Assembly: GCA_964201255.1 (NCBI GenBank)
Contig: CAXNFT010000001.1
Coordinates: 1 to 43,115, forward strand
Source: Rhodoferax sp.
GTDB taxonomy: Bacteria; Pseudomonadota; Gammaproteobacteria; Burkholderiales; Burkholderiaceae_C
Direction of reading: 5' to 3'
Length of the DNA: 43,115 nt
Shown here: positions 1 to 8,964 of the stretch, piece after piece
How the letters are laid out: each line of letters opens with the position of its first letter
Position numbering within the stretch: the stretch's first letter is position 1
Notes under the pieces: generated by a model
Database searches by the model: none
The model's input: the letters and a program-made list of their open reading frames with translations, nothing else
What the model was told of the DNA's origin: nothing
Translations under genes and position numbers: made by a program

Positions 1-21
1 AAATGGACGTCCTCCCGTCCA

Positions 22-40
22 CAGCCCCCAAAATCGCTGG
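22..40 (+). repeat. 19-bp direct repeat CAGCCCCCAAAATCGCTGG, copy 1
   Basis: Identical to 931-949; weaker similarity extends on both sides. Confidence 0.85.
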
Positions 41-149
41 AAATGCGGCGCTCGACTACAGCCTGCGAGCAGGCGAATTGGTGCAGCATGACGGTTAAAG
101 CGCAGTGGCGCCCACCCTTCCCCGCTGGTGTCAACACAGTAGCAGAGAA

Positions 150-175
150 GTCGACTTCGAATGTCGACTTCGAAT
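150..175 (+). repeat. 13-bp tandem duplication GTCGACTTCGAAT x2 upstream of the TA operon
   Basis: Copies at 150-162 and 163-175. Confidence 0.85.
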
Positions 176-203
176 TGACAACAGTTGTCTTTTTCGCCAT
201 CAT
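175..203 (+). promoter_or_regulatory. Putative sigma70 promoter of the TA operon with overlapping inverted repeat
   Basis: TTGACA(175-180)-17 bp-CATCAT(198-203); GACAAC-A-GTTGTC inverted repeat at 177-189. Confidence 0.5.
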
Positions 204-242
204 TCGAGCATCCGCATATTTGACAGCAGAAACACCAGAATC

Positions 243-494
243 ATGGCCAATACAATTTCATTCGCTATTCCCGAGCCCATCGTCGAATACATCGACAACA
301 GGGTTGCCACTGGCGGCTATGGCAATCGCTCGGAGTACATCCGAGATTTGGTACGCATCGACCAGCGCGAACAGGCCAAGCGCCGCCTTCGGGAACTCGT
401 GACCGAAGGACTGGCATCAAGTTCCGCGACTCCAATGACTGTCGCGGACTGGGAGGACATGGAAGCGGAAGCTCGCGGTGAGGTCCGTACTTGA
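243..494 (+). CDS. ParD-like ribbon-helix-helix antitoxin
   Basis: MANTISFAIP...GGYGNRSEYIRDLVR...LRELVTEGLAS; 83 aa; overlaps the toxin start by 4 bp. Confidence 0.85.
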   Translation: MANTISFAIPEPIVEYIDNRVATGGYGNRSEYIRDLVRIDQREQAKRRLRELVTEGLASSSATPMTVADWEDMEAEARGEVRT

Positions 495-808
495 AAGCAG
501 CACTGCTGCGCGATAAGGCCCGGCAGGACCTGCGGCACCAGTTGGCATACTATCGGCGAGAGGCCTCGGAAAAAGTTGCCCTGCAGCTGCGAACCGTTGC
601 CGAGAGCTCCCTTCGGTTCCTCGAACAAAATCCGGGGCTCGGTTCGCCAACGCTTGGGAAGGAACTCGATATTGAGAACCTTCGCGCATGGAGACTAACT
701 GGCTTCCCATTGCTGTGGCTCTATATCGAACACCCATCCCACCTTGACTTCGTGCGATTGCTTGGGCAGCAACAGGACGTTCTTGCGATACTGGAGAATG
801 AGTTTTGA
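491..808 (+). CDS. RelE/ParE-family toxin
   Basis: 105 aa, TTG start; ARQDL...P.LG...LRAWRLTGFP.LWLY...VRLL pattern; directly follows the antitoxin. Confidence 0.85.
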   Translation: MKAALLRDKARQDLRHQLAYYRREASEKVALQLRTVAESSLRFLEQNPGLGSPTLGKELDIENLRAWRLTGFPLLWLYIEHPSHLDFVRLLGQQQDVLAILENEF

Positions 809-930
809 GCCAGCTCAAAAAGTGGTTCTTTGCGAGTCAAGCATGGTGGTGAGGTAATGGTTAATGCTGCTCGCGGCCTGACAGCATTTGCCTGATGGTC
901 AAGCGTTATAGGGGGACCCTCCTCTGCTCT

Positions 931-949
931 CAGCCCCCAAAATCGCTGG
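931..949 (+). repeat. 19-bp direct repeat, copy 2
   Basis: Identical to 22-40. Confidence 0.85.
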
Positions 950-1194
950 GGATGTGGCTCTTGAGCTTCAGCAGGCGGGTGCCTCGTGATCTGGACCGAA
1001 GACAATAACGCAGATGAAATTGTCAATGGCGTAGGGATCTCGAATCCGTTTGCAGCCTTTGGGCCAGACTAGCGATGGACGAGGTTAAATCAAAACGCCA
1101 GTCGCCGGATTCGCAGGGGCCCAAGTCGACACCTCGGCGTTAAGCACATCGGCGCCCTGCCGTACCCCGCATCACACCAGCCAAGCATTGCGGT

Positions 1195-1244
1195 CTGGAC
1201 GGCGTCAACCAGCATGGCCGGTCGTGCTGGTTGGCGCTGTCCAG
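1195..1244 (+). repeat. 50-bp near-perfect palindrome/hairpin
   Basis: Arms pair throughout; the four non-Watson-Crick positions are all G-T on the + strand. Confidence 0.85.
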
Positions 1245-1676
1245 TAGCGATATACGTGATATCACGGCTCCACACCTGATTGGGCGCCTCGGGTGTGAAG
1301 TTGCGCTCCAACAGGTTCGGCGCAATGGGTAGGTTGTGTTTGCTGTCGGTGGCGACAACAAATTTTCTCTGGCCTTGATGCCGTGGCGTTGCATGAGCTT
1401 TCTGACACGCTCTTTGCCCACGCGGATGCCTCGGGCCACCAGTTCTTTCCACATCTTGGGCCAGCCGTATTCCTGTTAGACCTCGGCGTGGATGGCCTTG
1501 ATGTGCACCAGCAGCGCTTCGTCGCTAATGCGTTTGTTGGCACCTGCTTTACTGGGCTTGGCGCTGCCTTTGCGCTGCCAGTGTTCAAAGTAGCCACTGA
1601 CGCTGACCTCCAGCACCTCGCAGGCCAGTGTGACAGGCCACTGGATTTTGTGTTCGGCAATCCACGCGTACTTCAC
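1241..1676 (-). pseudogene. IS3 transposase OrfB (DDE) fragment
   Basis: MKYAWI...CEVLEVSVSGY, in-frame TAA at 1476-1478, frameshift near 1370, ends after PNQVWSRDITYIATG (only the first catalytic Asp region is present). Confidence 0.9.
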
Positions 1677-1978
1677 AGCGATTCCCGCGCGAAGTACGCC
1701 GTGGCTTTTTTTAGGATATCGCGCTCCATCGTCACACGCGCTAATTGCGCACGCAGCCGGGCCAGTTCCATCTGCTCTGGTAAAACGGGCTTGTCACCTG
1801 CCCCTTTGAGTTGACCTTTGCTACTGAGGCGTACCCAGTTGCCCAGCGTCTGCGTCGGCACGCCCAGTATCTTGGCCGTGACAGGCACTGCCTGGCCACC
1901 CTTAACCAGCCTGACTGCCTCCAGTTTGAATTCCAGCGTGTGTTGGCCAGCCGCTTGACCGTCTTTCCTTTTGCTCAT
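1673..1978 (-). CDS. IS3 transposase OrfA (HTH)
   Basis: TLEFKLEAVRLV...LGNWV...ELARLRAQLARVTMERDILKKATAYFA. Confidence 0.92.
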   Translation of the reverse strand: MSKRKDGQAAGQHTLEFKLEAVRLVKGGQAVPVTAKILGVPTQTLGNWVRLSSKGQLKGAGDKPVLPEQMELARLRAQLARVTMERDILKKATAYFARESL

Positions 1979-2102
1979 TTCCTGCTCTCCTATCGCTGAG
2001 TTTTCACATTAGTTAAGTAGTCCGTTTTTCGGGGGCAACATCACATCGATCTGCAGTGCCATGTGCTATCCTTTTACAAGTTCAATGACTTTGTGTACAC
2101 CC

Positions 2103-2558
2103 ATGCCTAACGACCTCGCCGCATCTCAGGGTTTCCATATCGAAGCTGCCTGCATGCGGCTGATGGCGCTGTACTGCCACGGCCTCGACGCGTTTGACGA
2201 CGAAAGCATCCTCGCTTTGTTCGTCCACGATGGCGCCTGGCTACGGCCTGGCCACCTGCGTCCGCAGGATCCGACGATCGAGGGGCGGGACGCGATCGGC
2301 CACTACCTGGCCGGACGAGAGCGCTCCCTATTCATGCGGCACATCGTTACCAACGCAGTGGTCGACGTACTTGACCCCGCACATGCGACCGGCCTCTCCT
2401 ACTGGACGGTCTACAAGGCGGAGAACCATGTGGCGGGCACCGTCGCGATCCTGACGGGTCCCTTCGCGATTGGCGAGTACCGCGACCAATATCGGCTGGA
2501 GAATGGCCAGTGGCGCATCGTTTCACGCACGACGAGCTACGCGTTCCGCGCTCCCTGA
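2103..2558 (+). CDS. SnoaL-like/NTF2-fold protein
   Basis: YCHGLD...LF..DG.W...GRDAI...RHIVTN...G.Y.D.Y....G.WRI..R; start codon uncertain (2061 is also possible). Confidence 0.8.
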   Translation: MPNDLAASQGFHIEAACMRLMALYCHGLDAFDDESILALFVHDGAWLRPGHLRPQDPTIEGRDAIGHYLAGRERSLFMRHIVTNAVVDVLDPAHATGLSYWTVYKAENHVAGTVAILTGPFAIGEYRDQYRLENGQWRIVSRTTSYAFRAP

Positions 2559-2765
2559 GACGAAGATCCGCCCGCGGACCCACACAACAGGCGCCGCAGC
2601 GCCAGTCACCGCAGGCCATGCCCATCAACCTTGCAAAGGAACGCGATCTCGCGCTGGCAGCTCTTGGCGCGCAACGCCGCCACGGCGTTGCACTTGTCCG
2701 CCGCGCTGCAAGCCTCTACCCCTTGCACCTCCGACAGAATCGGCGGGAGCCGCTCCCACGTCACG

Positions 2766-2785
2766 TGCTGGCCGCGCGGCCAGCA
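2766..2785. repeat. Perfect 20-bp palindrome TGCTGGCCGCGCGGCCAGCA
   Basis: Self-complementary; lies in the unassigned gap 2559-3090. Confidence 0.8.
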
Positions 2786-3098
2786 TCAGTATCTTGCTAC
2801 GTCAAGCCGTCGCAGAGCCGCATGCGACGCGTCCGGGCCTGACTCACCGCGCCGTGCCCGGCCCAGCCCCGGAACTAGCGCCAGCCAGCAGGCAGTCGGT
2901 GGGTCGGTCGGCCACCTTGCGCGATCAGAAATTTCCTGGATGATCTAGCTGTCCATCCGATGCTCTGCGTCGACTGGGAATGCACCAAGGTCGCGCAGGC
3001 CGACCTTGAACGCCACCCGCCGCTCACACAATGCCTGACGGCCGATCCGCTGTCGCCCCAGGCAGATCAGGACTTCAATTTGCTGGTGAATTGAGCGG

Positions 3099-3137
3099 TT
3101 GACAACGCGGAAGTCGTCTCGATAAACTGACTGGTCA
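3099..3137 (+). promoter_or_regulatory. Putative promoter/operator of the TRAP operon
   Basis: TTGACA(3099-3104)-18 bp-TAAACT(3123-3128); TGAC-TG-GTCA palindrome at 3128-3137; SD GAAGGAG before 3167. Confidence 0.55.
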
Positions 3138-3166
3138 CGTTTTTACCATCACGAAGGAGCATTCGC

Positions 3167-4177
3167 ATGACTATTCGTAGAGTTTCGCGAGCACTGATTG
3201 CCTCTATTTCGGCGTTCATGGTGTGCACTGTTTCTGCGCAAGGGCAGGCGCCGATCGAGTGGCAATACTACACCTTTAACCAACCCAACGACAACATCAC
3301 CAAGACTAACCGTGCCTTTGCCGAAGACGTGTTCAAGGCCACCAACGGGCGCTTGAAAATTTCGGTGTCCGCCGCGGGTGAACTGCCTTACCGCGCACAA
3401 GAAGTACTTCGGGCCGTGGCAAACAACCAGATCCAGATGGGTGACATTGCGGTGGGCCTTGCTGCCGGCGACGTGCCTGAACTCGACGTGATGTCGCTAC
3501 CATTCCTTTGTGCGTCGTACGAGCAGTTCGAGAGGGCGCTGCCAATGGTCAGCAAGGCCGCCGATGAAGTCCTGAACCGTAAGTTCGGCCTGGCCGCGTT
3601 GATGCATTGGACACCGCCGCCGCAGAACCTCTGGTCAAGCCGAACGATCTCTACACTCAACGACTTCAAAGGCCTTAAGGTCCGAACTTGGAATCCGCCT
3701 CAGGTGGAGATGATGAGGGCGCTCGGCGGCACGGCAGTGACCATCTCGCCCGCGGAAGTGATTCCGGCCCTGCAGCGCAAAGTCATCGACGCGATCGTCA
3801 CCGGCTCGCTTTCTGCCAATGACTGGCGCGCCTATGACGTCGTGAGCAATGGGTACTTACTGAACATCAGCATGGGACACATGGCGATCGTGGTCAACAA
3901 CGCGGAGTTGGCGAAACTGCCTCCCGACTTGCAGCAAGTCCTGCGGGCTAAAGCCACCGAATGGCGACCCAAGTACATGCAAATGTCCCGCGAGGGAGGC
4001 CGCGCGGCGCTGGCTAACATGGCGTCAAAAGGAGTCAAGCTGGTCGACCCGACGCCTGACGACCTGCAAAAGGGCAGCACCATGGTGCGCAGCATCTGGG
4101 ACGACTGGGCCAAGAAGCACGGCGACATCGGTCGCTCGATGCTCGACGGTACGCGTGCCGCCTGCCAGGGAGGCTGA
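3167..4177 (+). CDS. dctP: TRAP transporter substrate-binding protein
   Basis: Signal peptide; TNGRLKI...GEL, LPFL, DFKGLKVRT, EVIPALQRKVID. Confidence 0.92.
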   Translation: MTIRRVSRALIASISAFMVCTVSAQGQAPIEWQYYTFNQPNDNITKTNRAFAEDVFKATNGRLKISVSAAGELPYRAQEVLRAVANNQIQMGDIAVGLAAGDVPELDVMSLPFLCASYEQFERALPMVSKAADEVLNRKFGLAALMHWTPPPQNLWSSRTISTLNDFKGLKVRTWNPPQVEMMRALGGTAVTISPAEVIPALQRKVIDAIVTGSLSANDWRAYDVVSNGYLLNISMGHMAIVVNNAELAKLPPDLQQVLRAKATEWRPKYMQMSREGGRAALANMASKGVKLVDPTPDDLQKGSTMVRSIWDDWAKKHGDIGRSMLDGTRAACQGG

Positions 4178-4405
4178 CGCCGCAAAAACCCAACGGCCTA
4201 GCGCTTGCTGCACCCAATGAGCTTTGCATGTGTCATGGCATTCCCAGAAGGTAGCCTGCACCCAGCAAGCGTCGATGATGGACAGTCGGTTGTGAGCGCC
4301 CGTGATCTTATTGCGTGCGGTGGTGTGGAACTCGCGCATGTCGCCGGGCCTGTAGTTGGGCAACGCATGTCGTGACGAGCGCATAGCGACAGCAGACCCC
4401 CTTTC

Positions 4406-4903
4406 ATGCTCCCTCTCTCCAAGCTCCTAGACCGCGCGAGCGAGTCTCTGTGCGATGCGGGCTGCTGGCTGCTGGCGGTTTTGGCCGCGCTGATCAATGT
4501 CGAAGTCGTGCTGCGGTACGCTGCCGGCAAGTCGACCCTGATTGCCGATGAGTATGGCGGCTACCTGTTGGTCTGGATTTCCATGCTGGGTTTTGCGCAT
4601 GCGCTGCGCAGCGGCCAGTTTATCCGCGTCGAAATGTTCGTTGACCGGCGTGGCCCGCGCGCGCGCGCCGCTTGTGACGCGTTCGCCGCACTGGTTGGCC
4701 TGTTGGTGGCGGCTGTGACGGCCTATGCCTGTTGGCTGCTGCTGGCCGGATCTTTGCGCTTTGGGACGCGCTCGATTCAGCCGTCGAGCACCCCGTTGTG
4801 GACCATGCAGCTTGCGCTGCCCTTGGGCATGGCCTGGCTGTGCCTTCTGTATCTCGAAGCGCTGGCGAGAAATCTTTGGCGGCTCGCCGGGGGGATGAAG
4901 TGA
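4406..4903 (+). CDS. dctQ: TRAP small permease
   Basis: About 4 TM segments; EVVLRY, ADEYGGY, IRVE motifs; between dctP and dctM. Confidence 0.9.
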   Translation: MLPLSKLLDRASESLCDAGCWLLAVLAALINVEVVLRYAAGKSTLIADEYGGYLLVWISMLGFAHALRSGQFIRVEMFVDRRGPRARAACDAFAALVGLLVAAVTAYACWLLLAGSLRFGTRSIQPSSTPLWTMQLALPLGMAWLCLLYLEALARNLWRLAGGMK

Positions 4904-6204
4904 ACTGGACCGACGCAGCACTCTTCTACGGCGTCGTCCTGCTCACAACATTGACATTAGGGGCCTCGATCGGCGCCGCACTCGGGCTGGCCGGACTTCT
5001 CGGCATTATTCTGATCGGGGGCGGGCGGTTGCTGCCCACTATTGGTGACATTGTCTGGAACACGATGGATTCGTTCACGCTGACCGCGGTGCCATTGTTC
5101 GTGCTGATGGGCGCGCTCCTGCTGCAGGGCGGGATCTCGCGACGCCTCTATAACGGCCTCTCAGTCCTACTGTATTCATTTCACGGGTCCCTCGCCCAGG
5201 CCAACATTGGCGGCTGTGCGATCTTTTCGGCGATCTGCGGTTCATCGACAGCAACCACACTCACCATCGGGACGATTGCACTTCCCGAAATGCGTGCTCG
5301 CGGTTACAACGACCGAGTCATTTTCGGAACGCTGGCCGGTGGTGGCTGCCTGGGCATTCTTATCCCGCCTTCGATTCCGATGGTGATCTACGCCGCAATG
5401 GTTCAGGAATCGGTGGTCGACCTGTTCATGGCGGGTGTGGTACCCGGCGTTCTTCTGGCGCTGATGTTCATGCTCTGGAACCGTGTGATGGTTGCGCTCT
5501 GGCCCGGTCTGTTCCCGCCACGGACGGAGCAACGGCCACGAGCAGCCGACGTGCTGCGGGCCGTGCGGGACTGTGCTCCGGTAGCGATGCTGATTGTCGT
5601 CATCATCGGTGGCATGTACTTCGGGGTGATGACGCCCACCGAGGCCGCTGGTGTAGGCTGCCTGTTGGTCCTGATGATCTGCGCCGTGTACCGGGAACTC
5701 ACTTGGTCCGGCATGGGCCGGGCGCTTCGTAGTGCCGTCACAACTAATGCCGTGATCATGTTCATCATCGTTAACTCGCAGATCCTGTCGTACGCGCTCA
5801 CCACCGCCGGGATTGGCCAGGGCTTGTCGCAGTGGCTGCTCGCGCTGGGTCTTGGGCAGTTCACGTTCTTCCTTTGCTTATTCGTTCTGTATCTGGTACT
5901 GGGCATGTTCATTGACGGCATCTCCATGATGATGCTGACGTTGCCGCTGCTGTATCCGTCGATACGCGCCTTCGGGCTTGATGGTGTGCTGTTCGGCGTC
6001 ATCATGGTGGTGTTCATTGAGCTTGGGCAACTCACGCCGCCGATGGGAATGAACCTTTTTGCGATAAAGTCAATCGCCGTCGGCTCGCGCGATCGCGACA
6101 TCGCATTGGCTGCAATGCCGTTCGCCCTGATAATCTCACTGCTGTGTTTTCTTTTGTACTTCTACCCCCCGCTTGCGTTGTGGCTGCCAGCATCCCTAAA
6201 GTGA
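4900..6204 (+). CDS. dctM: TRAP large permease
   Basis: GTG start overlapping the dctQ stop; AVPLFVLMG, FSAICGSS.AT, LGILIPPSIPM, TPTEAA, LTPPMGMNLF. Confidence 0.93.
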   Translation: MNWTDAALFYGVVLLTTLTLGASIGAALGLAGLLGIILIGGGRLLPTIGDIVWNTMDSFTLTAVPLFVLMGALLLQGGISRRLYNGLSVLLYSFHGSLAQANIGGCAIFSAICGSSTATTLTIGTIALPEMRARGYNDRVIFGTLAGGGCLGILIPPSIPMVIYAAMVQESVVDLFMAGVVPGVLLALMFMLWNRVMVALWPGLFPPRTEQRPRAADVLRAVRDCAPVAMLIVVIIGGMYFGVMTPTEAAGVGCLLVLMICAVYRELTWSGMGRALRSAVTTNAVIMFIIVNSQILSYALTTAGIGQGLSQWLLALGLGQFTFFLCLFVLYLVLGMFIDGISMMMLTLPLLYPSIRAFGLDGVLFGVIMVVFIELGQLTPPMGMNLFAIKSIAVGSRDRDIALAAMPFALIISLLCFLLYFYPPLALWLPASLK

Positions 6205-6280
6205 CGCGTCGCCTCATCGGTGCGTCAAGTCGCGCCCGCCCCCCGCATCCTCCAACCCTCTCTCGCCAAAAGGGGAAATC

Positions 6281-6592
6281 ATGATCACTGTGCTTTGGAC
6301 CTTTCGGATGAGCGAACGCAAGACACGCGACGAACTGGCGGCGGTCATCGAGCAATCTGGGCCAAACTACCTGAAGGTGCCGGGTCTGGTGCGCAAGTAC
6401 TTTGGCATCGCCCCTGATTGCGGCAGCATCGTCGGCATCTACCTTTGGGACGATCGGGGATCGGCCGACACCTTCTACACGCCCGCGTGGGTGGAAGCCG
6501 TCACCCGTAAGTGGGGCGCGCCGCCAGAGCGGCTCGATTGGGAAACACCGTTGGTGGTCGAGAGCCGCGACGGGCGGCTGGTGCGGGGTTGA
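6281..6592 (+). CDS. YdhR-like putative monooxygenase (dimeric alpha/beta barrel)
   Basis: 103 aa; VPGLVRKYF...GIYLW..R.SA..F pattern. Confidence 0.7.
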   Translation: MITVLWTFRMSERKTRDELAAVIEQSGPNYLKVPGLVRKYFGIAPDCGSIVGIYLWDDRGSADTFYTPAWVEAVTRKWGAPPERLDWETPLVVESRDGRLVRG

Positions 6593-7185
6593 GCGTGGTG
6601 TCCTCCGCGCGCCGCCATCCGCCGGCATCTGTCACCCGCGCCCAAACTGCCGTGGCGACCCCTTCCGAAGCTGCCCCGCAGAAGGCCAGCACCGCGCTCT
6701 CGGAGTTCGAGTTCACGCTGACGGTGCTGATGTTCGGATTCCAGCGCTGGGTTGAAAACTGCATGGACTCGAGCGGTGTACGTGGGCTTGCGGCGATTGA
6801 CATACTCACCTTGCACGCCGTCAACCGCCGCGCGCGGCGTCGACGGATTGCCGAGATCTGCATGGTCATGAACATCCACGACGCCCATCTGGTGTCGTAT
6901 TCGTTGAAGAAGCTGCTCGCTGCAGAGCTCGTCACGGTGGAGGCCTCGGGCCGAGAGCGCTTCTACGAGACGACTCAGGCCGGGGACGATGTCTGCCGCG
7001 GCTACCTGCGGCTGCGCGAGGCAACGCTGTCGTCCAACGCCCTGAAGATCATGCCCTCCGAGTTCGAACTCGATCAGGGGATGACACTGCTCGGACAGAT
7101 GATCGCGATGTACGACCACGCGTCGCGCATTGCGATTTCCGAACGGCCGTCGACGCGCCCTCCGCTACTGCACACCAAGCGCTGA
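6589..7185 (+). CDS. MarR-like winged-helix regulator
   Basis: LSEFEF...FQRW...IC.VMNI.D.HLVSYSLKKL...YETT..G...C..Y..LRE; TTG start inferred. Confidence 0.8.
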   Translation: MSVVSSARRHPPASVTRAQTAVATPSEAAPQKASTALSEFEFTLTVLMFGFQRWVENCMDSSGVRGLAAIDILTLHAVNRRARRRRIAEICMVMNIHDAHLVSYSLKKLLAAELVTVEASGRERFYETTQAGDDVCRGYLRLREATLSSNALKIMPSEFELDQGMTLLGQMIAMYDHASRIAISERPSTRPPLLHTKR

Positions 7186-8964
7186 GCCTTCTTGGCGCGG
7201 GGCTGGTCGGCGCATGTGCTCCCGCAGGACGCGTGTCGCTTCAGGGTCGACGATCGGCGGGTCTCCGCCAATGGCAACGCCGTAGTCGGCCTTTGCCGCT
7301 GCGTGGGTAAGCTTGTGCTCCAGCACGTCGAGCAGCACCCGCTGCGGGTCGCGCTCCAGCGGATCGCCGTAACCGCCGCCGCTGGCGAGCCGGACGCAGA
7401 CTTCATCGCCCTTGCGAACGGTGGTGATGAACTTCGCCGGAGGCTGCTCTACAGTGCCGTCCGCGCGGCGGATCGTGATTGCCGAGGCGGCACCCGAACG
7501 CCCGCCCTCGAGCCCATACGGCGGTATGTCGCGGCGATCTGACCGCACCTGCATGACCGCTTCGTCAGCCAGCACCCGGATGCAGCGCTGCAGCGCCAGG
7601 CCACCACGCCACCTGCCGGCACCTGCGCTGTCGGTGACGAAGCCGTATCGGGTGATCGTCAGCGGCAGCTCGCTGTCCACGACTTCCGTCGGCGTATTAG
7701 ACACATTGGCGATCATGCCGGTGCACCCGTCCATCCCGTCGCGCCAAGGCCCTCCCCCCCAAGAACCGACGAGAAAGTCGACGAAGACGAAAGGCTTGCC
7801 GCTGGCGTCGTGTCCGCCGAAACTGAGGCCCACTTCCGGCGCACTGCCCCCGGCGGCAGGGACCAGATCGGGTCGGACCTGCGCAAGAGCCCCAAATAAC
7901 GCGTCGGCGAGCCGGAAGGCGGTTATACCGCGTGCGGCCACTGCCGCCGGCGCCTGCGGATTGACAATCGTGCCCAGCGGCGCCACGATGCGGATCGGCC
8001 TGAAGTAGCCACTGTTGTTCGGGATGCCACGGTCGAGGACGGAGCGCACGCAGGCCCAGGCAGCCGAGCATGTGAACGGCAGCACCGAGTTGATCGCGCC
8101 GCGCACCTGGGGCGACGAACCTGTGAAGTCCACGCACATCGTGTCGTCGGCAATCGTCACCGCGACGCGCAATTCGATCCGGTGCGCGCCCAGCCCGTCC
8201 CCGTCGAGGAAGTCCGAGAAGTGGTAAGTGCCCGCCTGCAGCTTGCGGATCTCTGAGCGCGTGAAGCGTTCGGTGTAGTCGAGCAGCTCGGCGCTGTAAC
8301 GTATGAAGCCCTGTACACCGTAGGTACGAATCAGCTCCAGCAGGCCGCGTTCACCGACCTGGCAGGCGGCGATCTGCGACCGCAGGTCGCCGAGCACCAC
8401 GTCGGGCACGCGAACGTTGCGTGCAATGATGTCCATCAGAGCCTGGTTGGGTTGCCCGCCGCGGAACAGCGCCACAGGGGGCAAGCACAGTCCCTCTTGG
8501 AAGAGTTCGGTCGAATCGGTCGCATTTCCGCCCGGCACACGGCCACCGATGTCCGTCATATGCACCAGGCAGGCCGAATGGCCGACAAGGGTCTGATCCA
8601 CGAACACCGGCTTGACGCAGACGATGTCGGGCAGGTGCGTGCCGCCGTCGTAAGGGTCGTTGAGCGCGAAAACGTCGCCCGGGTGCAGATCGTCGCCGAA
8701 CCGGCGCAGCACCGCCGCCACCGCGAACGGCAGTGCCCCGAGATGCAGCGGCAGACAGGTCCCCTGCGCCACCATGTCGCCTTTGGCGTTGAACAGCGCG
8801 GTCGAGAAATCCAACGCCTCCTTGACCAGGATCGAACGCGCGGTGCGTGTGATAGTGAGCGCCATCTCGTCGGCGATCGACACCAGCCGGTTCTTTACCA
8901 GCTCGAGCGTGAATGGATCGTGCTCGGCCGCGCCATGCGACTCGCTTTTGGGTTCAGTCACCAT
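7165..8964 (-). CDS. Hydantoinase B/5-oxoprolinase-family subunit (copy 1)
   Basis: EALDFS, PLHLG, NDPYDGGTHLPD, HMTDIGG, FQEGL, DSAGAGRWRGG, GGGYGDP. Confidence 0.93.
   Translation of the reverse strand: MVTEPKSESHGAAEHDPFTLELVKNRLVSIADEMALTITRTARSILVKEALDFSTALFNAKGDMVAQGTCLPLHLGALPFAVAAVLRRFGDDLHPGDVFALNDPYDGGTHLPDIVCVKPVFVDQTLVGHSACLVHMTDIGGRVPGGNATDSTELFQEGLCLPPVALFRGGQPNQALMDIIARNVRVPDVVLGDLRSQIAACQVGERGLLELIRTYGVQGFIRYSAELLDYTERFTRSEIRKLQAGTYHFSDFLDGDGLGAHRIELRVAVTIADDTMCVDFTGSSPQVRGAINSVLPFTCSAAWACVRSVLDRGIPNNSGYFRPIRIVAPLGTIVNPQAPAAVAARGITAFRLADALFGALAQVRPDLVPAAGGSAPEVGLSFGGHDASGKPFVFVDFLVGSWGGGPWRDGMDGCTGMIANVSNTPTEVVDSELPLTITRYGFVTDSAGAGRWRGGLALQRCIRVLADEAVMQVRSDRRDIPPYGLEGGRSGAASAITIRRADGTVEQPPAKFITTVRKGDEVCVRLASGGGYGDPLERDPQRVLLDVLEHKLTHAAAKADYGVAIGGDPPIVDPEATRVLREHMRRPAPRQEGSALGVQ

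Larger units (their letters stand above)
1241..2043 (-). mobile_element. Truncated, degenerate IS3-family insertion sequence
   Basis: Left end TGATGTTGCCCCCGAAAAACGGAC at 2043; orfA/orfB overlap; A7G frameshift motif at 1705-1712; no right end found. Confidence 0.9.

Noticed and set aside
105-242. N-terminal extension of the antitoxin ORF; similar extensions on 7165-9180, 8954-11176, 22704-23825 and 36885-39224
   Set aside because: They overlap promoters or neighbouring genes; family similarity begins at the downstream starts used here
803-820. TTTTGAGC-CA-GCTCAAAA inverted repeat over the toxin stop codon
   Set aside because: The GC stem is short and no U-tract follows on the coding strand, so it is not called a terminator
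880-912. TCAAGCGTTATAG resembling an integron attC right end
   Set aside because: No complementary RYYYAAC left end at a suitable distance and no integrase in the window
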